A DNA stretch of 24,424 nucleotides from an archaeon HR04 (GTDB taxonomy: Archaea; Thermoproteota; Nitrososphaeria; Nitrososphaerales; Nitrosocaldaceae): contig BEHG01000006.1 in the NCBI GenBank assembly GCA_002898655.1, positions 1 to 24,424 of the forward strand, in the 5' to 3' direction. Position numbers and translations under genes: made by a program. The notes beneath the pieces are model-generated. The model worked only from the letters and a program-made list of their open reading frames with translations, did no database searches and was not told the DNA's origin. Below, piece by piece: positions 6,824 to 14,952 of this stretch (its first letter is position 1; each line of letters begins with the position of its first letter).

Positions 6824-7110
6824 AACATACTAATCAGTTAGAAGGCTAGCAGATACTCTGATGTTAACAGTACTATACCATTCTGCTCTCATACTAGCAT
6901 GTTAGTATTGGAAGAGAGACGACGCTCCTCTACTTCAATAAATGTTGAGAAGCATTACAGCACTGTACAAGCAATTGGTGCTGATAGATAAATTATGGGT
7001 ATAGGCATGCTATAGAGATTGATTGGTTGATGTGTTCAATTATATAACAGTTAGGCAAGTTAACTGTATCTATAGCAAAAATATTTATGATCGTTGGATG
7101 AGCAGATCGT

Positions 7111-8469
7111 ATGGCAAGGTTATTTGGTACAAATGGGGTTAGAGGTGTATTTGGTAAGGACCTTACACTAGATCTAGCGTTAAGGCTCTCTTATGCGTTG
7201 GCAACATACTACAGGGAAGGTCCATTGCTACTTGCCTATGATGGAAGGCACTCTAGCCCATTGATTGCTAGTGTTGTAAAGGCTGGGCTAAATGCAATGG
7301 GTATAGATGTAGATGATGCTGGGTTAGTGCCTACACCATGCCTCCAATACTGCACCAAGAGGCTTGGATATAGGGGAGGGATAATGATAACAGCATCCCA
7401 TAACCCTCCAGAGTACAATGGTATAAAGGTGATGGCTAGTGATGGGGTTGAGGTTCCTAGAGAGGATGAGTTGAAGATAGAGGATATATACTTTGAAGGG
7501 AGGTTCATGCAGAGTAAGGGTATAGGTAGGGATGAGAGGTTAGGTGATGCTGTCGATCTCTACCTTCAAGGTATAAGATCGCTTGTAGATGTTGATAGGA
7601 TAAGGAGCAAGGGTATGAAGGTTGTAGTTGATTTAGGGAATGGTGCGCAAGCCGTTGCTGTACCTAGGCTACTCAACTCTCTAGGCTGCAAGGTTGTAAC
7701 CTTGAATGAGAGGATAGATGGCTCATTCCCAGGGAGAGGGTCTGAGCCTACCATCGATAACCTTGGAGAACTTGCTTCAAGTGTAAAGGCTAATGGTGCA
7801 GATCTAGGTATAGCATATGATGGTGATGGTGATAGGAGCATATTCTGTGATGAAAAAGGCAATATATACACTGGGGATAGGAGTGGTGCACTGCTGGTTG
7901 AGCATGTACTTGCAAAGGAAGGGGAAGAGCAGAGAGGTAAGGTGAAGGTAGTCACACCAGTTAACTCATCTATACTTATAGATATGGTTGCAGCAAGGTA
8001 TAATGCCAAGGTTATAAAGACAAAGGTTGGGAGCGTTGAGGTATCTAGAGAGATGGTTAGAGCATCAGCCCTTGTAGGTCTTGAGGAGAATGGTGGGTTC
8101 ATGTATGCAAGGCATATACCTGTAAGGGATGGGGCTATGAGCACAGCACTCATGCTTGAAGCACTTGCTCTAATGGATGAGCCATTATCATCCCTAATAG
8201 GTAGATATAAGAGGTTCTACCAGTACAAGACCAAGTTCCCATGCACAAGGGAGCAGTCATCAAGCATAATAGATGCTCTGAAGGGCACATCATCAAGGGT
8301 AGAGACCATAGACGGTATCAAGGTATGGGTTGATGATGAGTCATGGATAATGGTTAGGCAGAGTGGTACTGAGCCTATAATGCGCTTCTACGCTGAGTCT
8401 AGTAGTGAGCAGAGGCTTAAGCAGATGGTTGATGTGTATGTAGAGAAGATAAGATCTCTATTAGGTTAA
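7111..8469 (+). CDS. Alpha-D-phosphohexomutase (archaeal phosphoglucosamine/phosphomanno/phosphogluco-mutase type)
   Basis: 452-aa ORF with the TASHNPPEYNGIK phosphoserine loop, the DGDGDR Mg site, LEENGG and RQSGTEP loops. AAAAATATTTAT at 7077-7088 is centred about 28 nt upstream of the ATG. Confidence 0.85.
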   Translation: MARLFGTNGVRGVFGKDLTLDLALRLSYALATYYREGPLLLAYDGRHSSPLIASVVKAGLNAMGIDVDDAGLVPTPCLQYCTKRLGYRGGIMITASHNPPEYNGIKVMASDGVEVPREDELKIEDIYFEGRFMQSKGIGRDERLGDAVDLYLQGIRSLVDVDRIRSKGMKVVVDLGNGAQAVAVPRLLNSLGCKVVTLNERIDGSFPGRGSEPTIDNLGELASSVKANGADLGIAYDGDGDRSIFCDEKGNIYTGDRSGALLVEHVLAKEGEEQRGKVKVVTPVNSSILIDMVAARYNAKVIKTKVGSVEVSREMVRASALVGLEENGGFMYARHIPVRDGAMSTALMLEALALMDEPLSSLIGRYKRFYQYKTKFPCTREQSSSIIDALKGTSSRVETIDGIKVWVDDESWIMVRQSGTEPIMRFYAESSSEQRLKQMVDVYVEKIRSLLG

Positions 8470-8516
8470 ATAATAATAAGAATGGGTGATATTATCATAA
8501 AAGAATAATTCCTCCA

Positions 8517-9200
8517 TCAACCCTTTGCTACCCTCATAGTCCTCATGGAATTCCTATACGTTACCACGAAACCAATTCCTCCTAGCACAACTCCTGCAGC
8601 GAGTACAATTATGAACGCTGCTATAGGTATGACCAATGGCGCAAGTACTTCATGCGCCTCTGCTGCTGTCAATCCTAACCCTCCAACGTTCACAGGCAGC
8701 ATGACCTTTGCAGCCTCATAACCTCCATACATCATCAACCAAGTTGCTCCTGTTATACCAACATTCATCATGATGAGGTGCATCCATGCAAGGTATCCTG
8801 CAATGCCCCTATACACTGCAGTAAGGGTATGCTCAAGGTAATGGTAGAAGAGTGCTGATACCGCTACTCCTATAACACCAACAACAACATACATTATGTA
8901 GCCCATTGTGAACCACATACCAGCACTACCAAATGCTATAACCCTAGATACCTCAGGCTTTACATACATCTGACCAATAACGATAGAGAGTGTTAATATG
9001 GTAACTAGCAGACCCTGTATTATTGCTGCTACCATGAACCTACTTGACCAGTTGCCTATAGCAATATTACTAACCATATACACCAATCTAGATAGGGAGG
9101 AGTAGTAATTTAAGTCACTGCCAAGATTCTCATGTATGATAATGGGGTACTTTTGATTAGATATAACAACATTTTTAAAAGGCTCCATCAATGCTATCAT
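8517..9200 (-). CDS. Polytopic integral membrane protein, unknown function (start uncertain)
   Basis: At least five hydrophobic helices. The ORF-track start at 9368 would overlap rpl7ae and its promoter. Candidate starts are 9200, 9188 and 9077 (MVSNIAIGNW...). No family recognised. Confidence 0.5.
   Translation of the reverse strand: MIALMEPFKNVVISNQKYPIIIHENLGSDLNYYSSLSRLVYMVSNIAIGNWSSRFMVAAIIQGLLVTILTLSIVIGQMYVKPEVSRVIAFGSAGMWFTMGYIMYVVVGVIGVAVSALFYHYLEHTLTAVYRGIAGYLAWMHLIMMNVGITGATWLMMYGGYEAAKVMLPVNVGGLGLTAAEAHEVLAPLVIPIAAFIIVLAAGVVLGGIGFVVTYRNSMRTMRVAKG
9171..9180 (+). promoter_or_regulatory. TATA box ATTTTTAAAA, likely the rpl7ae promoter
   Basis: Strong TTTTTAAA-type element. The predicted TSS near 9200 gives a ~24-nt leader carrying GGGTGAT (SD-like, 9213-9219) before the ATG at 9224. 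Confidence 0.45.
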
Positions 9201-9219
9201 GATGATCCCGATGGGTGAT
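9199..9219 (+). promoter_or_regulatory. Box C/D-like (K-turn/K-loop-like) hairpin in the rpl7ae leader
   Basis: AUGAUGAU-CCC-GAU-GGG-UGAU. CCC/GGG stem flanked by U/U and tandem G-A/A-G opposed pairs (G9204/A9218, A9205/G9217). The 3' half is the SD-like GGGUGAU. Confidence 0.3.
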
Positions 9220-9223
9220 ATGT

Positions 9224-9595
9224 ATGAGTAAGCCATACTATGTGAAGTTTGAGATACCAAGGGAGATGGTGAACCTGATATATGAGGCTGTGAGGATAGC
9301 AAGGCAGACAGGTAATGTAAGGAGAGGTACGAATGAGACGACAAAGGCAATTGAGAGAGGAAATGCAAAACTGGTTATAATTGCAGAGGATGTTGAACCT
9401 CCAGAGGTGGTTGCTCATCTACCTATACTATGTGAGGAGAGGAACGTACCATATGTGTATGTTCCAAGCAAGAAGCAGTTGGGTGAGGCACTTGGTATAG
9501 ATGTGCAGGCAGCAGCAGCATGCATAACAGATGCTGGCGATGCTAGACAGGCTTTGGAGCAGATAATCAATACTGTGAGGAGTATGAAGAGGTAG
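9224..9595 (+). CDS. rpl7ae: Ribosomal protein L7Ae (K-turn binding)
   Basis: [12 protein letters not shown]...[51 protein letters not shown] is a full-length L7Ae pattern. The GTG at 9215 in the ORF track is less likely than the ATG at 9224. Confidence 0.95.
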   Translation: MSKPYYVKFEIPREMVNLIYEAVRIARQTGNVRRGTNETTKAIERGNAKLVIIAEDVEPPEVVAHLPILCEERNVPYVYVPSKKQLGEALGIDVQAAAACITDAGDARQALEQIINTVRSMKR

Positions 9596-9616
9596 GTAGA
9601 TAGATAGATAGGATAG
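9593..9616 (+). repeat. TAG-rich GGTAGATA-type tract starting at the rpl7ae stop codon
   Basis: TAGGTAGATAGATAGATAGGATAG: three in-frame TAGs (9593, 9605, 9614) plus TAGs in both other frames. Confidence 0.8.
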
Positions 9617-9641
9617 AGAGAGGTGTAGAGAGGGAGAGTGT

Positions 9642-9854
9642 ATGAGTAGAGAGGAGGAGAAGCTTACACCTGCTGAGGTTATACAGGTAGTTGGTAGAAC
9701 AGGTATAGCAGGAGAGATAACACAGGTTAGGGTAAGGATACTCGAGGGTAGAGATAAGGGTAGGATAATAGCAAGAAATGTGAAAGGGCTGGTTAGACTT
9801 GGAGATATACTCATGCTCAGAGAGACTGAGAGGGAGGCTAGGAAGATACAGTGA
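9642..9854 (+). CDS. rps28e: Ribosomal protein S28e
   Basis: 70-aa [60 protein letters not shown] is a canonical S28e pattern. Confidence 0.95.
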   Translation: MSREEEKLTPAEVIQVVGRTGIAGEITQVRVRILEGRDKGRIIARNVKGLVRLGDILMLRETEREARKIQ

Positions 9855-9907
9855 TAAATAGGCATCTTATGATGATATGGTGGATGATGAGTAGGTAGGT
9901 GTGTGCG

Positions 9908-10117
9908 ATGAGTGTTAGTCTATCAAGCAAGTCATGCAGTTTCTGTGGTAATACTATAAGGTTTGGAGAGGGTAGGATACTTGTTAGAAATGATGGTAGT
10001 ATGCTCTACTTCTGCTCAAGTAAGTGCTGGAAGAATATGCTTATGCTTAAAAGGGATGCAAGAAAGTTAAAGTGGACTAGGAGGTATGTGAAGGGCGGGA
10101 TAAAGGTAAGTAGGTAG
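9908..10117 (+). CDS. rpl24e: Ribosomal protein L24e
   Basis: CSFCGNTI..G.G...VRNDGSMLYFCSSKC...KRDARKLKWT zinc-ribbon L24e pattern. The ATG at 9908 is preferred over the GTG at 9899. Confidence 0.9.
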   Translation: MSVSLSSKSCSFCGNTIRFGEGRILVRNDGSMLYFCSSKCWKNMLMLKRDARKLKWTRRYVKGGIKVSR

Positions 10118-10137
10118 ATAGGTAGATAGATAGGTAG
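10111..10137 (+). repeat. TAG-rich GGTAGATA-type tract containing the rpl24e stop codon
   Basis: TAGGTAGATAGGTAGATAGATAGGTAG. The real stop is TAG at 10115-10117, with a second in-frame TAG at 10127 and TAGs in the other frames. Confidence 0.8.
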
Positions 10138-10160
10138 AGAAGATAAGAGAGGTGTGTAAT

Positions 10161-10619
10161 ATGCAAGCAGGTAAAAGCGATAAGACGCTAATAGTAATAA
10201 AGCCAGATGCTGTAAGGAAGAATGTCATAGGCTCTATACTCAAGAGGTTTGAGGACGAGGGTTTCAGGATAAGGGAGTTACGTATGCTAAGGTTAAGCAA
10301 GGAAGATGCTGAGGAGTTCTATTCAGTGCATAGGGATAAGCCATTCTTCAACGAACTTGTTCAGTTCATAACCTCAGGCTCTGTAGTTGCAGCTATACTT
10401 GAGGATGAGAGCAGTTGTTGTTGTGGCGGTGGTGATGGTGATATGGATGCTATAGCAAAGGTTAGGAAGATAATAGGTGCAACCAATCCAAGCAAGGCAG
10501 AGGAGGGTACTATAAGGAGGCTCTATGGTTCAAGCATAACAGAGAATGCAATACATGCTAGTGACTCTATTGAGAGCTTTGAGAGGGAGGCTAAGGTAAT
10601 ATTTAATGATAGGAAGTAG
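10161..10619 (+). CDS. ndk: Nucleoside diphosphate kinase with a Cys/Gly-rich insertion
   Basis: TLIVIKPDAV, GATNP and NAIHASDS (catalytic His) motifs. GAGAGGTG lies 6 nt upstream of the ATG at 10161. Extra segment SSCCCGGGDGDMD at 10410-10448. Confidence 0.9.
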   Translation: MQAGKSDKTLIVIKPDAVRKNVIGSILKRFEDEGFRIRELRMLRLSKEDAEEFYSVHRDKPFFNELVQFITSGSVVAAILEDESSCCCGGGDGDMDAIAKVRKIIGATNPSKAEEGTIRRLYGSSITENAIHASDSIESFEREAKVIFNDRK

Positions 10620-10641
10620 ATTACCTTACAAGTGAGCATAC

Positions 10642-12420
10642 TTGCCTATAAGACAGCCAGTGGTTGTTGTGTTAGGACATGTTGACTCTGGCAAGACATC
10701 CCTACTCGATAGGATAAGAGGCACTGCAGTACAGGCTAGAGAGGCTGGAGGGATAACACAGCATATTGGTGCAAGTTTCTTTCCATTGGAGACGATAAGG
10801 GAGATCTGTGGTCCACTCTTCACTAGATTTGGTGCAGATGTAAGGGTCCCAGGCCTACTCGTCATAGATACCCCAGGGCATGAGGTCTTTGCAAACCTAA
10901 GGATGAGGGGAGGCTCTGCAGCAGACATAGCAATACTTGTAGTAGATATAAACAAGGGTCTAGAAGCACAAACATATGAGAGCATAGAGATACTCAAGAG
11001 CAGGAAGGTACCATTCGTTATAGCATTGAACAAGCTTGATATGCTCCATGGTTGGAGGAGTGGTTCAAGTAGTATGGTGCTGGAGTCGCTCAAGAAGCAG
11101 AATAAATCAGTTATGGATGAGTTGGATGCCAAGATATACTCAGTAGTAGGAGCATTATCAAGGTTAGGGTTCAGGGCAGAGGCATTCTACAGGGTTAAGG
11201 ACTTCACAAGGGAGATAGCAATAGTGCCAGTCAGTGCAAGGACTGGGGAAGGGATCGCAGAACTTCTTGCAGTGCTTGTAGGTCTGACACAGCAGTACAT
11301 GCTCAAGAGGCTAGAGGTAGGTGAGCATGGAAGAGGTATAGTACTTGAGGTAAAGGAGGAGACTGGTCTAGGGATGACTGCAAATATAATACTGCTTGAT
11401 GGCATGCTAAGGGAAGGGGATGAGATCATGCTTGCAAAGAGGGATAGCATAGTTACTGCTAGAGTCAAGGCACTCTTGCTACCAAAGCCCCTAGATGAGA
11501 TGAGGGATCCTAGGGATAGGTTCATTAGGACTCAAGAGGTGCATGCAGCAGCAGGAGTGAAGGTAGCATCGCCAGACCTCGATGGCGTTCTTGCAGGATC
11601 ACCATTCTATGTTATAGGCAAAGGTGTTGATATAGAGAGGTTGAGGCAGATGTTGGAGGGTGAGGTTAGAGGCCTTGTTATAAGTACTGATAGGATGGGT
11701 GTAGTGCTCAAGTGCGACACCCTAGGCTCACTTGAGGCTATAACTGAGATGCTCAAGCGTTCAAGCATACCAATAAGGATGGCAGATATAGGGCATGTTA
11801 CAAAGAGGGATGTGGTAGAGGCATCAACTGTAAGGGAGAAGGACCGCTACTTAGGAGTTGTTCTAGCATTCAATGTTAAGGTTCTACAGGATGCTCAGGA
11901 AGAGGCTGATGCACATAATGTGAAGATATTCACAGATAAGGTGATCTACAACCTTGTAGAGTCTTACAGGCAGTGGGTTGAGCAGGAGAGGGAGAGGGAA
12001 GAGAGTACTATATTTGCCTCACTAACCATGCCATGTAAGTTCATGGTACTCAAGGGTTTTGTATTCAGGAGGAGCAATCCTGCTGTGTTTGGAGTAGAGA
12101 TAATAGAGGGGAGGTTGAGGCAGAAGAGCCCTGTTATCAACTCTGAGGGTAGTGAGGTAGGAACAATACATCAGATACAGGATAAGGGTAAGAGCATAGA
12201 TGAGGCTAGGAAGGGTATGCAGGTTGCAGTATCTATGAACGAACCAGTAGTAGGGAGACAGATAAAGGAGGGAGAATTACTCTACACACTACCATCTACA
12301 CAGCATCTCAAGTTGCTCAATGAGAGGTTCAAGCATAAACTTACGCAAGAGGAGCAGATGCTTCTAGATGAGATAGCAAGGATAAGGAGGAGTGCAGATC
12401 CATTGTATGGTTATATATAA
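10642..12420 (+). CDS. infB: Translation initiation factor aIF5B (IF2-type GTPase)
   Basis: 592-aa ORF with GHVDSGKT (G1), DTPGH (G3) and NKLD (G4), and a full-length aIF5B domain layout. The frame opens after the TGA at 10633, so TTG at 10642 is the first usable start. Confidence 0.95.
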   Translation: MPIRQPVVVVLGHVDSGKTSLLDRIRGTAVQAREAGGITQHIGASFFPLETIREICGPLFTRFGADVRVPGLLVIDTPGHEVFANLRMRGGSAADIAILVVDINKGLEAQTYESIEILKSRKVPFVIALNKLDMLHGWRSGSSSMVLESLKKQNKSVMDELDAKIYSVVGALSRLGFRAEAFYRVKDFTREIAIVPVSARTGEGIAELLAVLVGLTQQYMLKRLEVGEHGRGIVLEVKEETGLGMTANIILLDGMLREGDEIMLAKRDSIVTARVKALLLPKPLDEMRDPRDRFIRTQEVHAAAGVKVASPDLDGVLAGSPFYVIGKGVDIERLRQMLEGEVRGLVISTDRMGVVLKCDTLGSLEAITEMLKRSSIPIRMADIGHVTKRDVVEASTVREKDRYLGVVLAFNVKVLQDAQEEADAHNVKIFTDKVIYNLVESYRQWVEQEREREESTIFASLTMPCKFMVLKGFVFRRSNPAVFGVEIIEGRLRQKSPVINSEGSEVGTIHQIQDKGKSIDEARKGMQVAVSMNEPVVGRQIKEGELLYTLPSTQHLKLLNERFKHKLTQEEQMLLDEIARIRRSADPLYGYI

Positions 12421-12469
12421 CAACTCATGGAGATAGAACAAATCATCATGTTATTATTATCAAGCAAAC

Positions 12470-13696
12470 TTATACAAGCAAAGCTGTTAAGTACATGATC
12501 AGCATACCTATAACCAATCCAGCGATGTTATGTTTTGATAATATAGCTATACTCCTACTACTACTTCTCATCAATCCAAAGATGGCATATACTACTTGTA
12601 GTATTGCACCAGCACCTACTGCAAGTAATGCTACAGATACAATAGGTATATTTACGAAACCACCTATCCATGTTCCAACTATAGTTGGTATACCTGCTAT
12701 CATGCCTAGCATTGCAAAGTGTGTTATCTTTGCTTTAGATCTAACCAGAGGGGATGCTATTGCAAACCCCTCTGTAGTATTGTGTATTGTAAATCCAATT
12801 ATAAGGAACTTGGATAGTGCTATTGCTCCAACCGCTAACGCAGCACCTATCGCTAACCCTTCACCTAGGTTATGCAGACCTATACCAACTGCTATCATGT
12901 ATGCTATGTGTAGTGCATTGCTACTACCATCAGTGGTTACATCATCACTATTATTAATATTAGTGTTAGTCATTACATCATCTGGATGTTTGAGAGTTGA
13001 AGATCTGTTATTATGACTGCTATCGCTAGCCTTGTTAACTGTTAGTAGTAGGAATAGAAATGCAGATACCATGATCATAGGTATCAACACTTTGCCATTC
13101 ATAACTACAAATCTATCAACTATCTCAAACGCTTCTACTATAGCATCTATAGCAAGAAATACAAGGAGCCCAGCAGTAATGCTAAGGAAGAACTCATTCC
13201 AGTGTTCTCTAACCCTTTGCATAGAGGGGAACCAAAGCAGGCCTAGTGCAACTGGTATAACACCAACGTATATTCCAAGCAGTGCAAAGTAGAGTAACTG
13301 TTCAGTATCTGGTTCTGGAGCAAGTGTAGCAGCCTCTACGCTAGAGGCAAATCTAGTGCCATCTGAAGTGGTTATTCCTATCTCATATGGCCTCCCTTCT
13401 ATCCATCTGTAGTTGATCACTAGTTGAGCAGATGATAGTCTTGTCAATACATTTGTTGGTTTAATTATAGCATCTATAGGCGCATCATCTATATCCGCCT
13501 GTGCTATAGTGACAGTATCTTGTCCAATGTTACGTATATGCATCACGATCACTTCAGGTTTGAACTCTACCCTTTCTATAACTATCCTTGGTAATGGTTC
13601 CCCATAATCAAATATAGGTGTGTATGCAATGTAGTAGATGATTCCACCTAGTAGTAAGATAGGCATGACAGTTAATATCACCATAGTTATTCTCAT
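12470..13696 (-). CDS. ZIP-family (ZupT-like) divalent metal transporter with an extra N-terminal beta-rich domain
   Basis: 408-aa ORF with paired HNxxEG motifs (GLHNLGEGLAIG, TIHNTTEGFAIASPL). N-terminal TM followed by a ~110-aa non-membrane domain, and a D/N/S/T-rich variable loop. Confidence 0.75.
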   Translation of the reverse strand: MRITMVILTVMPILLLGGIIYYIAYTPIFDYGEPLPRIVIERVEFKPEVIVMHIRNIGQDTVTIAQADIDDAPIDAIIKPTNVLTRLSSAQLVINYRWIEGRPYEIGITTSDGTRFASSVEAATLAPEPDTEQLLYFALLGIYVGVIPVALGLLWFPSMQRVREHWNEFFLSITAGLLVFLAIDAIVEAFEIVDRFVVMNGKVLIPMIMVSAFLFLLLTVNKASDSSHNNRSSTLKHPDDVMTNTNINNSDDVTTDGSSNALHIAYMIAVGIGLHNLGEGLAIGAALAVGAIALSKFLIIGFTIHNTTEGFAIASPLVRSKAKITHFAMLGMIAGIPTIVGTWIGGFVNIPIVSVALLAVGAGAILQVVYAIFGLMRSSSRSIAILSKHNIAGLVIGMLIMYLTALLV

Positions 13697-13774
13697 GTAG
13701 CATCACTCACCATAATCTTGTTATGTGCAATTATATCAGTAGACCAATATCAACAAACTCCTCCATCATCACAA

Positions 13775-14797
13775 TCAGTTACCATCATCACTGTTAATAG
13801 CACGAGCATCGTTACTGTCATCACTCCCATAACCATCTTCTACAACTTTAAAGAATCCCATCCAGCCCTTATCAGAGAACTCTATAACATGGGCATGGAA
13901 CATGTACAAGCCAGGATAATCGTACCTGAACTCAAGTATGGCTCTCTCTCCTTGGCTGAGTGTAACCATATCAGTAAACTCATCTGGTACATGGCTGGTA
14001 CCAGTCCTGTAGAGCTTGAATAGATCACCATGTAGGTGGAAGTTGTTTATGGGATCGAACTCTGTCATATTAACAAGGTAGATCCTTACAAGCTCGCTTC
14101 TCTTCACCTCTATTGGATTCTTGAGATAGTAGAATGGTATGCCATTAACGGTGTAGAAGTTATTCTCTCTATCGAAGTCTGTATCATAACTATTCAATAC
14201 CATGACCATCTCCTTTGCTTGTTCCCTTGGTATCTTTGGATCAACTATGAACACTCCATACAACCCTCTGTTTATATGCTCTGCTACTGGAGAAACATGA
14301 CAGTGGTATAGATGCAAACCATACGGCTCTGCAGTGAACTCATACACGAACCTCCCTCCAGGAGGTATCATTGGGAACACACCATCCATATTTGCAGGAT
14401 GCTTGCCATGGAAGTGAATTGTATGTGGATGGCTTCCATTATTTATGAAGGTTACCCTTACCCTATCCCCTTCTGTAGCTCTTAACGTTGGGCCTGGTAT
14501 GGAGCCATTGTAAGTCCATGCATCAAAGTATATGTTTGGTGCTATCTCAAGCCTAACATCCTCAACTGTGATTGTAAATTCTCTCAGTATTGTACCATCA
14601 TCCAATACAGAAACTCTACCATAATCAAAGTTAGTAAGGAACTTATCTGGATCTATACTGGATCTCTCTACGTTATTATGCATAGATGATATATGCACCT
14701 CTCTATTGCTTGTATTATAATCCGCATTTGTAACAAATATACCCGTTAGGATTACTATTGCTAGCAACAGGACAACCATAGTAGGTTTAATGCTCAT
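13775..14797 (-). CDS. Two-domain multicopper oxidase (NirK-related fold, type-C-like 2dMCO), secreted or membrane-anchored
   Basis: 340-aa ORF with an N-terminal signal/anchor. Four HxH motifs (HFH in HPHTIHFHG, HCH, HLH in NNFHLHGD, HAH in MFHAHVIEF). T1 site C-x7-H-x4-L (YHCHVSPVAEHINRGL). TTTAAA at 14821-14826 is centred about 26 nt upstream of the ATG. Confidence 0.75.
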   Translation of the reverse strand: MSIKPTMVVLLLAIVILTGIFVTNADYNTSNREVHISSMHNNVERSSIDPDKFLTNFDYGRVSVLDDGTILREFTITVEDVRLEIAPNIYFDAWTYNGSIPGPTLRATEGDRVRVTFINNGSHPHTIHFHGKHPANMDGVFPMIPPGGRFVYEFTAEPYGLHLYHCHVSPVAEHINRGLYGVFIVDPKIPREQAKEMVMVLNSYDTDFDRENNFYTVNGIPFYYLKNPIEVKRSELVRIYLVNMTEFDPINNFHLHGDLFKLYRTGTSHVPDEFTDMVTLSQGERAILEFRYDYPGLYMFHAHVIEFSDKGWMGFFKVVEDGYGSDDSNDARAINSDDGN

Positions 14798-14952
14798 ACC
14801 TAGTATGACTTTTTGCCATATTTAAATTTTTTAGACATGACTAAATAATTGTTGAATTGAAAGACTATCAGTTATATTGATAGTAAACATATAAGATATA
14901 GAGTCTCTACAGTAGTACATCCATAATATTGATTCCACATATCAGGAAAAGA

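Noticed and set aside
6899-6991. 30-codon ORF (MLVLEERRRSSTSINVEKHYSTVQAIGADR) in the long intergenic region
   Set aside because: It is short, has no SD or TATA geometry, and uses CGA/CGC Arg codons that are atypical for this AGR-using genome.
7566-8153. Long antisense ORFs opposite well-supported genes. Examples: 7566-8153(-), 9428-9865(-), 10626-11132(-), 11187-11525(-), 12495-13016(+), 14929-15465(+), 17729-18190(+), 19085-19810(+), 22514-22822(-), 22967-23389(-).
   Set aside because: Each lies fully inside a gene with clear family motifs on the other strand. Their products are Ser/Leu/Pro/Thr-rich low-complexity strings. They arise because the coding strands are so purine-rich (few TTA/CTA/TCA triplets in the sense-strand frames that would read as stops on the complement). 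None has promoter or SD geometry.
9201-9368. N-terminal 56 codons of the 283-aa version of the membrane ORF (8517..9368)
   Set aside because: This extension overlaps the rpl7ae coding start, its SD and its TATA box. It encodes a Ser/Leu/His/Pro-rich shadow-type sequence ([26 protein letters not shown]...). Internal ATGs at 9200, 9188 or 9077 are more plausible.
13775-14797. Calling the two-cupredoxin protein a copper nitrite reductase (NirK)
   Set aside because: The overall layout and several blocks resemble NirK. However, HCH (not HC), HFH, HLH and HAH give four HxH pairs, as in trinuclear-cluster multicopper oxidases, and the axial T1 position is Leu rather than Met. The call is kept as 2dMCO, with the NirK relationship noted. 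Alignment is needed to settle it.
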